A stretch of 43,665 nt of DNA from an uncultured Lachnospiraceae bacterium (GTDB lineage Bacteria; Bacillota; Clostridia; Christensenellales; Pumilibacteraceae), in NCBI GenBank assembly GCA_964438355.1, contig CAYTKK010000001.1, forward strand, positions 1-43,665, read 5' to 3'. The position numbers and the translations under genes were made by a program. This document shows, piece by piece, positions 18,113 to 26,962 of the stretch (its first letter is position 1; each line of letters opens with the position of its first letter). The notes below the pieces were generated by a model that made no database searches, was not told the origin of the DNA, and was given only the letters and a program-made list of their open reading frames with translations.

Positions 18113-19315
18113 TCAGTCTTTTTTATCGTTCGGATCCGGTCTGCCATACTTGACGACGGTGGTAAGCTTCTTCTTTTCTTGACGCTTGTCGATAAGCATA
18201 AACAGCAAATTCGAACCGAGCGTAAGGACTAGCGAGAACGAGTAGCTGGCAACCATATAAAGCGAGAACGCCGCCGTATACGACAACGAGAAATACCCGA
18301 TCATAATAGGCATAAGGAACATCATAAACTTCATCGTTCCCGCTGTTTGCGAATTGGGATCGAGCTGACCGCTTTGCTTTTGCTGCCTTTGCGAAAGCAC
18401 CTGCATCACGATGGACATCGCCATCGAAAGAATCGGCAATATCAAAAAGCCGTTCGAAGAATTATACTCCTCGCTTAACAATCCCGCCATAACGGTCTCG
18501 TATTCGCCTATAAGTTCGGTAAGCTGAGCCTCCGAATATCCGGATTTAGCGGCGCTCTTTCCGTAATCGCCGATATTAGCCTCGAACGAACTCTTATCAT
18601 TGACGGCATTTGACCACGGAACGTCGGGCGCCCAAATATTTTTAATCCACAAAAAGCTGACGCTGATTTCCTCGTACTCGGCAACTACGGCGGCTTGAGC
18701 CGTCTCCTTTGCGGACGTACCTACAGCCGTCTCTAAAGCAGCGCGTTTAGCATTCTCCGCGGCTATCGTTGCGTCGGCTTTTTCCGCCCCACCTGCCACA
18801 GCCGCATCGTAAGCTTCGGAATAAATCGCGTCGTAAGTATCCTTTGACGAAGCATAAGCCGAATCTATAACCTCTTCGTATGCGGTATGATACGCCGAAT
18901 TAAGCGAGACATACTCTTTGAAGTTCATATACTGACTAACGCCCGTAAGCGACATACACAGCGTAATGAACACGACAAGCGTCGCTATCGAGGGCAAACA
19001 AGATGAAAAATAAGAAATTCCCTCTTTCTTGTTAAGCGCCATTTGCTTTTGCTGAAAGTCCTGCGGATCGGGGTATTGCTGACGTAATTTTTCGATTTGC
19101 GGAGCAATGCGCTGGGTTATTTTTTGGTTTTTCCTTGCCTTATAACGCTGAAAAATGTCCAGCGGCGACAATAAAAGTTTAAGACACAGAGTAAAGAGCA
19201 CAACTCTCCAGCCGTAATTAGCGATAAACGTAAATACGTCCAGCAGAAGCCACTCCCATAATCCCTCGGGTACGGCTATTTCGGTAGCCGCGCACACGAT
19301 ATTCAAAAAAGCCAT
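18113..19315 (-). CDS. yidC: Membrane protein insertase YidC/Oxa1 family, enlarged
   Basis: It has conserved YidC elements: [55 protein letters not shown] chose the start at the ATG at 19315 (MAFLN), which overlaps yidD by 13 nt. The ORF track's upstream start at 19405 would lie inside yidD. Confidence 0.88.
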   Translation of the reverse strand: MAFLNIVCAATEIAVPEGLWEWLLLDVFTFIANYGWRVVLFTLCLKLLLSPLDIFQRYKARKNQKITQRIAPQIEKLRQQYPDPQDFQQKQMALNKKEGISYFSSCLPSIATLVVFITLCMSLTGVSQYMNFKEYVSLNSAYHTAYEEVIDSAYASSKDTYDAIYSEAYDAAVAGGAEKADATIAAENAKRAALETAVGTSAKETAQAAVVAEYEEISVSFLWIKNIWAPDVPWSNAVNDKSSFEANIGDYGKSAAKSGYSEAQLTELIGEYETVMAGLLSEEYNSSNGFLILPILSMAMSIVMQVLSQRQQKQSGQLDPNSQTAGTMKFMMFLMPIMIGYFSLSYTAAFSLYMVASYSFSLVLTLGSNLLFMLIDKRQEKKKLTTVVKYGRPDPNDKKD

Positions 19316-19584
19316 TTCATATCTCCTTTTGGATTGTCCGGCACGGGATCGAATCCGCCTTTTTCCCACGGCACGCATCTGGCGATACGTTTTATCCCTA
19401 GCCAAACACCTTTAATCGTCCCGAATTTTTCGATAGCTTCGAGCATATACGCCGAGCATGTGGGACGGTAAATACATTTAGGCGGAGTAAGCGGCGAGAT
19501 TCTCTTTCGATAAAAGAGTATCATTCGTCTTGCCAGCCACCTTAACGTAATTATATCCTTAAATTTGTTTTTGTTCTTCTTCAT
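19303..19584 (-). CDS. yidD: Membrane protein insertion efficiency factor YidD
   Basis: [31 protein letters not shown] is the YidD signature. Confidence 0.9.
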   Translation of the reverse strand: MKKNKNKFKDIITLRWLARRMILFYRKRISPLTPPKCIYRPTCSAYMLEAIEKFGTIKGVWLGIKRIARCVPWEKGGFDPVPDNPKGDMKWLF

Positions 19585-19630
19585 TTAGGCGTTTTCCGCG
19601 CGCACAGCGACCGCATAAAAGCGCAAAACC

Positions 19631-20032
19631 TTATTCGGTAATCGTTTCGCCTTGCTCGGATTGGTTATTCCCGAGTCCTGTTTCACTTGCAATCGCGGAT
19701 TCTTTTACGAGTCCGGAGCGTCGCAAGCAGGTAACAATCGAGTTTTCGAGTTCTGTATAACTTAAAGTAGTTATTCCGTCCCCTGCCAAAAAAACCGCCT
19801 GACACGGCGACATAATCGGGACATACTTGCGCATCACGGCGCGCATACGACGACGAACCTTGTTCCTTTCTACGGCGCAACCGATTTTATTGCTCACCGA
19901 AAATCCGATACGCACTCCGCGCTTCGCAGGCAAAAAGCAAAGCCTTAATTTAGCGGCATTCACCCTTTTGCCGTTTGAATACAGGTAGGAAAACGAACCT
20001 CTTTTCGTCAGTCTGTTCTTTTTTGCGAGCAT
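19631..20032 (-). CDS. rnpA: Ribonuclease P protein component
   Basis: KKNRLTKRGSFSYLY...GFSVSNKIGCAVERNKVRRRMR is the RnpA motif. It lies downstream of rpmH. Confidence 0.9.
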   Translation of the reverse strand: MLAKKNRLTKRGSFSYLYSNGKRVNAAKLRLCFLPAKRGVRIGFSVSNKIGCAVERNKVRRRMRAVMRKYVPIMSPCQAVFLAGDGITTLSYTELENSIVTCLRRSGLVKESAIASETGLGNNQSEQGETITE

Positions 20033-20112
20033 AGTAACGTAATAAAAAGACTAAAAGCCCTCACCGCCACCGGCAAGGGCGTTTTCTTTGTCTACGCGGG
20101 TTATAAACGCTA

Positions 20113-20265
20113 TCAGTTGCTGCCAAGCGGCTTTACTGCTACGTTTGCTCTGCCCTTACGACGACGGCGCGAAAGCACTCTTCTACCGCTGGTCGTCTTC
20201 ATTCTTTGACGAAAGCCGTGTACCTTTGCTCTCTTTCTCTTCTTGGGTTGATAAGTTCTTTTCAT
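20113..20265 (-). CDS. rpmH: 50S ribosomal protein L34 (50 aa, not in the ORF track)
   Basis: Hand translation from the ATG at 20265 gives [50 protein letters not shown], then a stop. A GAGGAG RBS lies upstream. Confidence 0.93.
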   Translation of the reverse strand: MKRTYQPKKRKRAKVHGFRQRMKTTSGRRVLSRRRRKGRANVAVKPLGSN

Positions 20266-20486
20266 AGTAATCTCCTCATAATTATTCGATTTTACTTGGC
20301 TATTATATAAAAAATTAGGCGTTTCGTCAACTGTTTTTGCGGCAATTTCGGCTTAAAAGCCTTGCAAATTTCTTTCAAGCGTATTATACTTAAAGTCTCG
20401 GTGACGAAAGTTAAGCTGTTCATTTACTCACACCGACTTATTTTTTGCCCGCGTCGGCAACAAAAAACACTTATAAAGGATATTTT

Positions 20487-21218
20487 ATGACTCTTCAAGA
20501 CATTTTAAGTTCTATGCGCCGAGCAATCGAGGACTTTTCGATGATTGATAGCGGCGACTCTATCGCCGTCGGACTTTCGGGCGGAAAGGATTCGGTCGTA
20601 CTTCTTAAAGCGCTGTCGGCGTTTCGACGTTTTTCGCCAAATCCGTTCACTCTTAAGGCAATTACCGTGGATATGGGTATAGGCAACGTCGATTTTGCGC
20701 CGCTCGAGAAATTGTGCGCGGAAGAAAACGTCGAATACAAAATAGTGCGCACCGACATCGGTGAAATCGTTTTTAACGTGCGCAAAGAAAAAAATCCTTG
20801 CTCGCTGTGCTCTAAAATGCGGCGCGGAGCGCTTAATACCGCGGTCCTAGAAATGGGTTGTAACAAACTCGCGCTCGGTCACCACGCAGACGATGTAGTG
20901 GAAACCATGCTTTTATCGTTTATGTACGAAGGTCGGCTATCCACCTTTGCCCCGATAAGTTATATGAATCGTACCGGCGTAACGCTGATTCGCCCGCTGG
21001 TATACACCGAAGAAAAAAACATAGCCGCACTCGCGCGCAATTATCCAGTCACCAAAAGTCCCTGCCCCGCCGACAAGGCAACCAAACGCGAATATATGAA
21101 AAATTTGGTTAAATCAATATGCAAGGATATCCCGTTTGCGAAAGAGAGAATGTTTTCCGCCATCGTAAATCCCGAAAGATATAACCTCTGGGACCAATAC
21201 AAAAAGAAAGAACGTTAA
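20487..21218 (+). CDS. PP-loop ATPase, TtcA-like tRNA thiolation enzyme
   Basis: It has the SGGKDS PP-loop, CSLCSKMRRG and SPCPADK Cys motifs, and LALGHHADD. I prefer the start at the ATG at 20487 (MTLQDIL), which follows AAAGGA. Confidence 0.7.
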   Translation: MTLQDILSSMRRAIEDFSMIDSGDSIAVGLSGGKDSVVLLKALSAFRRFSPNPFTLKAITVDMGIGNVDFAPLEKLCAEENVEYKIVRTDIGEIVFNVRKEKNPCSLCSKMRRGALNTAVLEMGCNKLALGHHADDVVETMLLSFMYEGRLSTFAPISYMNRTGVTLIRPLVYTEEKNIAALARNYPVTKSPCPADKATKREYMKNLVKSICKDIPFAKERMFSAIVNPERYNLWDQYKKKER

Positions 21219-21278
21219 CGCTTCGAAACGCGTAACGACACGCCGGTTTCGTCTTCTATCGACATAGAATCAAAAGAA

Positions 21279-21319
21279 AAGTCCGAGTATGATTATTTGT
21301 CCATACTCGGACTTGTTTT
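21279..21319. terminator. Bidirectional rho-independent terminator
   Basis: AAAA-GTCCGAGTATG-attatttgtc-CATACTCGGAC-TTGTTTT. It lies between the convergent ttcA-like and ATPase genes. Confidence 0.7.
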
Positions 21320-21381
21320 ACTATTTTATTCCGTTTAGCCGAACACAGCGCTTTCTTTTAATCCGTTTGCCTATTTCGCGA

Positions 21382-23259
21382 CTACTTAATTCGTCTGTCA
21401 TACAACAATGCGGCAAACAACACCACAACTACGGAGCCTACGTTATGCACGAGCGCGCCGGTTACGGGATTTAACAAGGAGAAAAACGACAGCACTATCG
21501 CAACAAGATTGATAACAAGCGAAGCGCTTATGCTAATCGTTATCGTCCTTAGCGCCGCGCGAGAAAGATTTACAAGGTACGGGAACTTCGTAATATCGTC
21601 GCCGACAAGCGCCATATCCGCGGACTCCACAGCCAAGGCGCTTCCGACATCCGCCATCGCTACTCCCGCATCCGCAACGGTCAGCGCGAGCGCGTCGTTT
21701 ACGCCGTCGCCCAACATACACACCTTATGTCCTTCGCTTTTCCAATTTTCTATAATCTGCGCCTTCTGCTCGGGCAACAAGCACGCATGAACTTCGTCAA
21801 TTCCGACCGCATTTGCAATAACGCAGCTTACTCGTTCGTTATCTCCGGAAAGAAGAATCACGCGCTTAGCCATCGCCTTAAGACGAGCAACCATATCCTT
21901 TGCGCCCGGCTTTAACGTATCGGACAGCGCTATAACGCCTATCGTTACTCCGTCGACGCACAAACAAACGCACGCTTTACCCTTGCCTTCCTCTCTTTCG
22001 CAAATATTCCTGCATTCGTCCATCACCACTCCGCCTTCGCTTTCTATAAAGCGCAGACTTCCGCACAGAATTTTTTTACCTTCCGATTCGACTACGACTC
22101 CCTTTCCGGTTAACGAAGCAAAACTTTCAGCGGAAGAAAAGCTAATGTTTTCCGCTTTTGCGCCTGCCACGATGGCTTTCCCCAAAGGATGCTCGCTACG
22201 TTCCTCCGCGCAAGCCGCCAGCGCATAAACCTGCTTGCGAGTGTAGTCGCCTATCGGATACACGTCGGCTACGCTCATTTTGCCGGAAGTAAGCGTTCCC
22301 GTTTTGTCAAGAGCCACGATATCCGTTTTGCACAACGTCTCCAACGCTTCGCCCGATTTAATTATTACGCCGTGCTTGGTCGCCTGACCTATCGCCGCCA
22401 TTATCGCGGTGGGCGTCGCCAGCACCATAGCGCACGGGCAAAATACTACCAAAACGGTTACCCCTACGACCACGTCCTGACGAACAAGTCCGAATATGAC
22501 CGCGACCAGCAAAGCCACAGGTACAAGAATGCTTGCCCATTTATCCGCAGAACGCGCTACTTTTGCTTTTTTATCCTCCGCCTCGCTTACAAATCCTATC
22601 AAACGCGACAGCGACGTATCCTCTCCCGCACGAGTAGCCCTAACGTCTACCGAGCCGTACATATTGATTGCCCCGCATACGACCTCGTCGCCAGTAGTTT
22701 TGTCCACCGGCAAGCTCTCTCCGGTAAGCACAGACTGGTCAAACGATGATTCTCCGCTGACTATAACTCCGTCCACGGGAGCTACCTCACCCGGGAAAAG
22801 TCTTACCATATCGCCCGCTTTTATCATCTCGGACGGAACGATTTCTTCCTTACCGTCATTTATTATTCTACCGGTTTGCGGAGTAAGTTCCACCAACTTT
22901 TTTAAGCCTTTGCTCGCCCTAGCCGTGGTTACGTCCTCTAATATTTCGCCAAGCGCCATAATGAACGCAACCTCTCCCGCCGCAAACAAATCGCCTAACG
23001 CTATCGAGGCAATCATTGCGCAAGAAATTAACATCGCGCTGGAAATTTTAGAAATGCCTTTGGCAAATATGAGTTTTCTTATCGCAGAATAAAGTAGCGG
23101 CAATCCCGAAAGAATCACGCTCACCCACGCCGGATTCAAATATATCGGTACAGACACGGAACACAAATCAAGCACCAGCGACGCAATCAAGAAAACTCCG
23201 CTGACAACGGTAACCGGCACACCCTCCAAACACTCAATAAATTCTTCGAGTTTCTTCAT
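21382..23259 (-). CDS. P1B-type heavy-metal translocating ATPase without an N-terminal HMA domain
   Basis: Motifs: CPC (VVFCPCAMVLATP), DKTGTLT, SEHPLG, GDGVNDA. Four TM helices precede the actuator domain and there is no CxxC metal-binding domain. The start is the ATG at 23259 (MKKLEEF), after AAGGAGAAA. Confidence 0.9.
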   Translation of the reverse strand: MKKLEEFIECLEGVPVTVVSGVFLIASLVLDLCSVSVPIYLNPAWVSVILSGLPLLYSAIRKLIFAKGISKISSAMLISCAMIASIALGDLFAAGEVAFIMALGEILEDVTTARASKGLKKLVELTPQTGRIINDGKEEIVPSEMIKAGDMVRLFPGEVAPVDGVIVSGESSFDQSVLTGESLPVDKTTGDEVVCGAINMYGSVDVRATRAGEDTSLSRLIGFVSEAEDKKAKVARSADKWASILVPVALLVAVIFGLVRQDVVVGVTVLVVFCPCAMVLATPTAIMAAIGQATKHGVIIKSGEALETLCKTDIVALDKTGTLTSGKMSVADVYPIGDYTRKQVYALAACAEERSEHPLGKAIVAGAKAENISFSSAESFASLTGKGVVVESEGKKILCGSLRFIESEGGVVMDECRNICEREEGKGKACVCLCVDGVTIGVIALSDTLKPGAKDMVARLKAMAKRVILLSGDNERVSCVIANAVGIDEVHACLLPEQKAQIIENWKSEGHKVCMLGDGVNDALALTVADAGVAMADVGSALAVESADMALVGDDITKFPYLVNLSRAALRTITISISASLVINLVAIVLSFFSLLNPVTGALVHNVGSVVVVLFAALLYDRRIK

Positions 23260-23278
23260 TTTTCTTTTTCTCCTTGCA

Positions 23279-23307
23279 TTGACAAACAAAGACTTTTTGC
23301 ATATAAT
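23279..23307 (+). promoter_or_regulatory. Perfect-consensus sigma-A promoter for the TetR gene
   Basis: TTGACA (23279-84), a 17-nt spacer, then TATAAT (23302-07). It is bracketed by the inverted 8-mers ACAAACAA (23282-89) and TTGTTTGT (23327-34), which are candidate operator half-sites. A TATAAT on the opposite strand (23345-50) faces the ATPase gene. Confidence 0.6.
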
Positions 23308-23446
23308 ATATTTGTTATCATACACATTGTTTGTTTACATTAGCATTATACAGTCTATAGTTATAAAAAATCAAGGTATTTGCTCGGTCAATCCCCTCAA
23401 AGCGTACGATAACAAACAAAAATCCCAAATTGTACGGAGAATTATT

Positions 23447-23989
23447 ATGGATAGACGGAAAAAAAAGACTCGCGACGCGATATTTTTAGCGTTCAGTAAT
23501 TTGCTAAAACGCAGACGATACGAAAAAATCACCGTCCAAGACATCATTGACGAGGCGGATATTTGTCGAAGCTCGTTTTATGCGCACTTCGAAACGAAAG
23601 ACGAACTGGTAAACGCAATCTGCTCGGATATCTTCTTGCATATAATCGAACATCAAGTATGCCAATATTCGGAAGGACACGATGACGAACTTACCACGAT
23701 TTCGCATATTTTGTGGCACATTCGCGACAAAGCGGAGCTTACCAATGGTTTACTGGCAGGCGAAAGCGGCGAAATTTTTACTGGATATCTTCGCACATAT
23801 TTAATTGACTTATTCAAGACTTTGGACGCGCAGAATGCAAATATGGCAAACTGCGATCTTTACCTGAGACTGCGCGCGGCAACGTTTATAGAGGCGGTAA
23901 GATGGTGGGCAGAAAACGACTTTTCCGCGCCCGCCGAGGACGTGGCGAAAATGATTTGTGCGGAAAACCCCATCAAAGTAGAAAAATAA
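23447..23989 (+). CDS. TetR/AcrR family transcriptional regulator
   Basis: The N-terminal HTH is KKTRDAIFLAFSNLLKRRRYEKITVQDIIDEADICRSSFYAHFETKDELV. I moved the start to the ATG at 23447, after GGAGA. The ORF-track start at 23279 would sit on the promoter. Confidence 0.85.
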   Translation: MDRRKKKTRDAIFLAFSNLLKRRRYEKITVQDIIDEADICRSSFYAHFETKDELVNAICSDIFLHIIEHQVCQYSEGHDDELTTISHILWHIRDKAELTNGLLAGESGEIFTGYLRTYLIDLFKTLDAQNANMANCDLYLRLRAATFIEAVRWWAENDFSAPAEDVAKMICAENPIKVEK

Positions 23990-24145
23990 CGACGAGCAAT
24001 CAAAATATCTCTTATTTCTTTACCTAAAAAAGGCTCGAACCTAGTAAAAAACGGTTCGAACCTTTTCTTTATTTATTCTAATTAGTGCATTATGCTTTAT
24101 CGCCGAACATAAAACCGGATGCATTCCTCGAACATAAATCGAAAT

Positions 24146-24619
24146 TTATTTTTCGTCGTTCTTTTTGGTAGAATCTGACTCGGAATCGGCTTTCGCCGCC
24201 TCTTCCTCCGCCTTACGCTCGCGATATGTCTTATACCCGGGTTGCTGATTGTCTCCCGCGTCCCACTTTTTGCCGCCGAGCGCGATAAAGCCTAATAGGA
24301 ACGCCACGGCAAGCACCACTGCGATAATCGGGAAAATAATGTTGCCGGAAAGCGCAAGCTCGCCTACCATAACGGCAAGAGCCACTATTATCAACGCCGC
24401 GCCGAAGTAAACGGATAACTTTCTAAGCGTAATTTCTTTCTCTATTACGAAGCCGCGAACCAAGAACGCGATTCCCGCTCCGATACAAAAAACGAACACC
24501 GCCCATCCGAAATTAAATCCGCCCATTTGTTCGGGCAAAATCGCCGAAAAAAGCCACAAAACAGCCGCGACAATCGCTATTCCGCCAATGGTCAATCCGA
24601 ACACAAATCTTTTATTCAT
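24146..24619 (-). CDS. Hypothetical 4-TM membrane protein with an acidic/basic C-terminal tail
   Basis: It has four hydrophobic helices followed by YKTYRERKAEEEAAKADSESDSTKKNDEK. It is the last gene of the SPFH cluster, on the same strand after a 79-bp gap. Confidence 0.5.
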   Translation of the reverse strand: MNKRFVFGLTIGGIAIVAAVLWLFSAILPEQMGGFNFGWAVFVFCIGAGIAFLVRGFVIEKEITLRKLSVYFGAALIIVALAVMVGELALSGNIIFPIIAVVLAVAFLLGFIALGGKKWDAGDNQQPGYKTYRERKAEEEAAKADSESDSTKKNDEK

Positions 24620-24698
24620 AATCTATTCCTCCTTCTCGATAACAAAGTATTAAATGTCGCAACGACATCGCCCGACAAAAAGCTTTAGCTATGTCGCG

Positions 24699-25793
24699 TC
24701 ACAGTCCGCCCGTAAAATAAACTAGCGCAGCTACGCCGCAAATGATAGCAAGCGAACCGAGTATAAGTAGTCCCACTCGAAGCGGCGATACTGGAAGCTT
24801 TCCCGCAACCTTTCCGTTGTGTCCGTTAATATAAAAATTATACGCCTTTTTACCCCAGTCGCATCTGCCGACGTATATCGGCAAAAGCAAATACTTGTAA
24901 GTCATTTCCTTATACGACGTCTTTACCGAAAACGATTGTATTACATCGTAATCGTAACGCGCAAGAATGGATTTTTTAAGGTGCTTGTCAATAAGCTGTT
25001 TAGCCTTTCCCCAGCACTGAAGTCCGTCGCGCTCGTAGCGGGTCGCTGTAAAACCGTGCATAAACTCTTCAGTATATTCGCAACTATCGTTAGTCCCGAA
25101 AGGCTGCAATTTCGAAACAACGTCCTCGCTAGGCTTTTCGCTCGCCTGAATCAGCACGTCGTCGAAAAACATATCGAAGTTCCCGCCGATAGGGAAAAAG
25201 CGTACCTTTCGTCTGCGTTCCGTCCTTCCTGCGACCTTGTGCGTCTCGTAATAATATTTGCCGAGCACGCCTTGATAAAACGATTCGGTCTGCGTATCGA
25301 ACGAAAACGCGGGAGTGTACATTCCTTTTACGTTATCCAGTTCGGCAAACTTCTTAAACTTTCTGGGTACAAACGGCTTTTTCTTAATCCACGCCTTAAA
25401 CTTATCCATGGCGGTTTCTTTGCCGATTTCAAACGGCACAACCGCATTCGGGCGAAGTCCGGACAGTTCTTCCGTCTCGACTACGTGAGTAGCTCCGCAA
25501 AAGGGACAACTTTTCGCGATGTCGCTTTTCGAAACTATTTCCTTCGCTCCGCAATTTTCGCATCTAAAAACGTGCGTTTCGTCGCCCCACTCGTTGCGGG
25601 ACTTCATCAACTCTTCAAAGTCAATTTCACTGCTTTTATCCGCGTCTATCGCAAGTTTTTCCCCGCAGTACTCGCATTTTAGGCATCCGTCCTCGGGCGA
25701 AAAAATCATATTCGCTCCGCAAGCGGGACATTTCGCAACGTCTGTGGAACTTTCCTCGTCCAGTCCTTTATAAATTTTCTCTTCTTCAGTCAT
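24699..25793 (-). CDS. Double zinc-ribbon protein with a C-terminal TM anchor (YdjG-like)
   Basis: It has CPACGANMIFSPEDGCLKCEYCG and CENCGAKEIVSKSDIAKSCPFCG, with a C-terminal helix LLILGSLAIICGVAALVYF. It lies immediately downstream of the SPFH gene. Confidence 0.6.
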   Translation of the reverse strand: MTEEEKIYKGLDEESSTDVAKCPACGANMIFSPEDGCLKCEYCGEKLAIDADKSSEIDFEELMKSRNEWGDETHVFRCENCGAKEIVSKSDIAKSCPFCGATHVVETEELSGLRPNAVVPFEIGKETAMDKFKAWIKKKPFVPRKFKKFAELDNVKGMYTPAFSFDTQTESFYQGVLGKYYYETHKVAGRTERRRKVRFFPIGGNFDMFFDDVLIQASEKPSEDVVSKLQPFGTNDSCEYTEEFMHGFTATRYERDGLQCWGKAKQLIDKHLKKSILARYDYDVIQSFSVKTSYKEMTYKYLLLPIYVGRCDWGKKAYNFYINGHNGKVAGKLPVSPLRVGLLILGSLAIICGVAALVYFTGGL

Positions 25794-25879
25794 CTAAGCA
25801 TTTCTCCGCTACGACCGTATTTCGCCACTGCGCAAACAAAGCCGCATTTTCAAGCAATCGACTAAAATCGCACGAAAAA

Positions 25880-26962
25880 TTATAGTTTTTCGCCACACTC
25901 GGGACAGAACTTAGTTCCCGCTTTAACGGAAGCGCCGCACTTTGGGCACGTTGCTCCGCCAAGTTTTTCTCCGCACTCGGGACAGAACTTTGCTCCTGCC
26001 TTAACGGAAGCGCCACACTTGGGACAAGTTACTCCGCCCAGTTTTTCGCCGCACTCGGGGCAGAACTTGGCTCCTGCCTTAACGGTGGCGCCACACTTAG
26101 GACAAGCGACTGTCGATGCTCCGTCGCGCGCAGTCGTAGCATACGTACCGGCAAACATATGTCCTATCCCCAGTCCGAGTCCCGCACCGATAGCGGTACC
26201 CGCCATTCCGGGATTCTTTGCCGCCTCGCGCAAAGCGTCCGCCTGAGCAAGTTGCATATATGCGTCCATATTACCGCGCATCATTCCAGCGGAAGTACTC
26301 TTATCGAGCGCTTCTTCCAAATTCTTGGGAAGCGAGAAGTTTTCGACGAGGAACTGCGTAAGTTCCATACCCATCTTCTCAAATTCTCCCTGAACGCCGT
26401 CTTTTACTTTCTCGGAAAGTTCGATGATGTTTGCGGCTATGTCCACGATAGACAAACCGCTCTCACCGATAGCGTCGGTTATTCCGCGAACGAGCAAGCT
26501 CTTGATGTGCTCGGTGATATCGTCGGTGCTATAACTTCCGGTGCCGGATAGTTCTTGCATAAACACGAACGCGTCCTTTACTCTGAACGCATAACTGCCG
26601 TAACCGCGAACGCGCACCACGCCGAATTCCTTATCTCTTACTATAATGGGGTTCGACGTTCCCCACTTCATTCCCGTAAACTGCTTTGTGTTTACAAAAT
26701 AAACGTCCGAACGAAAAACGTTCTCGAAACCGTACTTCCAGCTCATCAAAGTCGTGATTATAGGCAAGGAATCGGTATCGAGCTTATATCTGCCCGGCAA
26801 AAAAACGTCCGCCATCTTGCCGTTAGTGGCAAATATGGCAACCTGCGAATCGCGAACGGTCAGCACCGAGCCTTTGGATATGTAGTCGTTTTTTAGATCA
26901 ACCTTATATACCAACTCGTTTTTAGACGACGACGTCCATTCGATGTTCTTCAAAAGTCCCAT
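25880..26962 (-). CDS. SPFH/band-7 superfamily protein with a triple C-terminal zinc ribbon (YdjI / COG4260-like)
   Basis: The N-terminal domain reads LVYKVDLKNDYISKGSVLTVRDSQVAIFATNGKMADVF...VYFVNTKQFTGMKWGT. A Gly-rich segment follows, then 3 copies of CPKCGA(S/T)VKAG(A/T)KFCPECGEKL. Confidence 0.8.
   Translation of the reverse strand: MGLLKNIEWTSSSKNELVYKVDLKNDYISKGSVLTVRDSQVAIFATNGKMADVFLPGRYKLDTDSLPIITTLMSWKYGFENVFRSDVYFVNTKQFTGMKWGTSNPIIVRDKEFGVVRVRGYGSYAFRVKDAFVFMQELSGTGSYSTDDITEHIKSLLVRGITDAIGESGLSIVDIAANIIELSEKVKDGVQGEFEKMGMELTQFLVENFSLPKNLEEALDKSTSAGMMRGNMDAYMQLAQADALREAAKNPGMAGTAIGAGLGLGIGHMFAGTYATTARDGASTVACPKCGATVKAGAKFCPECGEKLGGVTCPKCGASVKAGAKFCPECGEKLGGATCPKCGASVKAGTKFCPECGEKL
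25883..26104 (-). repeat. In-frame 78-bp tandem repeat, about 2.8 copies, encoding the zinc-ribbon units
   Basis: The three consecutive units start near 25886, 25964 and 26042. By eye they are about 85-90% identical at the DNA level. Confidence 0.9.

Noticed and set aside
20266-20486. The possibility that the rpmH upstream region is oriC.
   Set aside because: I found no TTATNCACA/TGTGNATAA boxes, no AT-rich unwinding repeats and no dnaA. Gene orientation does not switch here.
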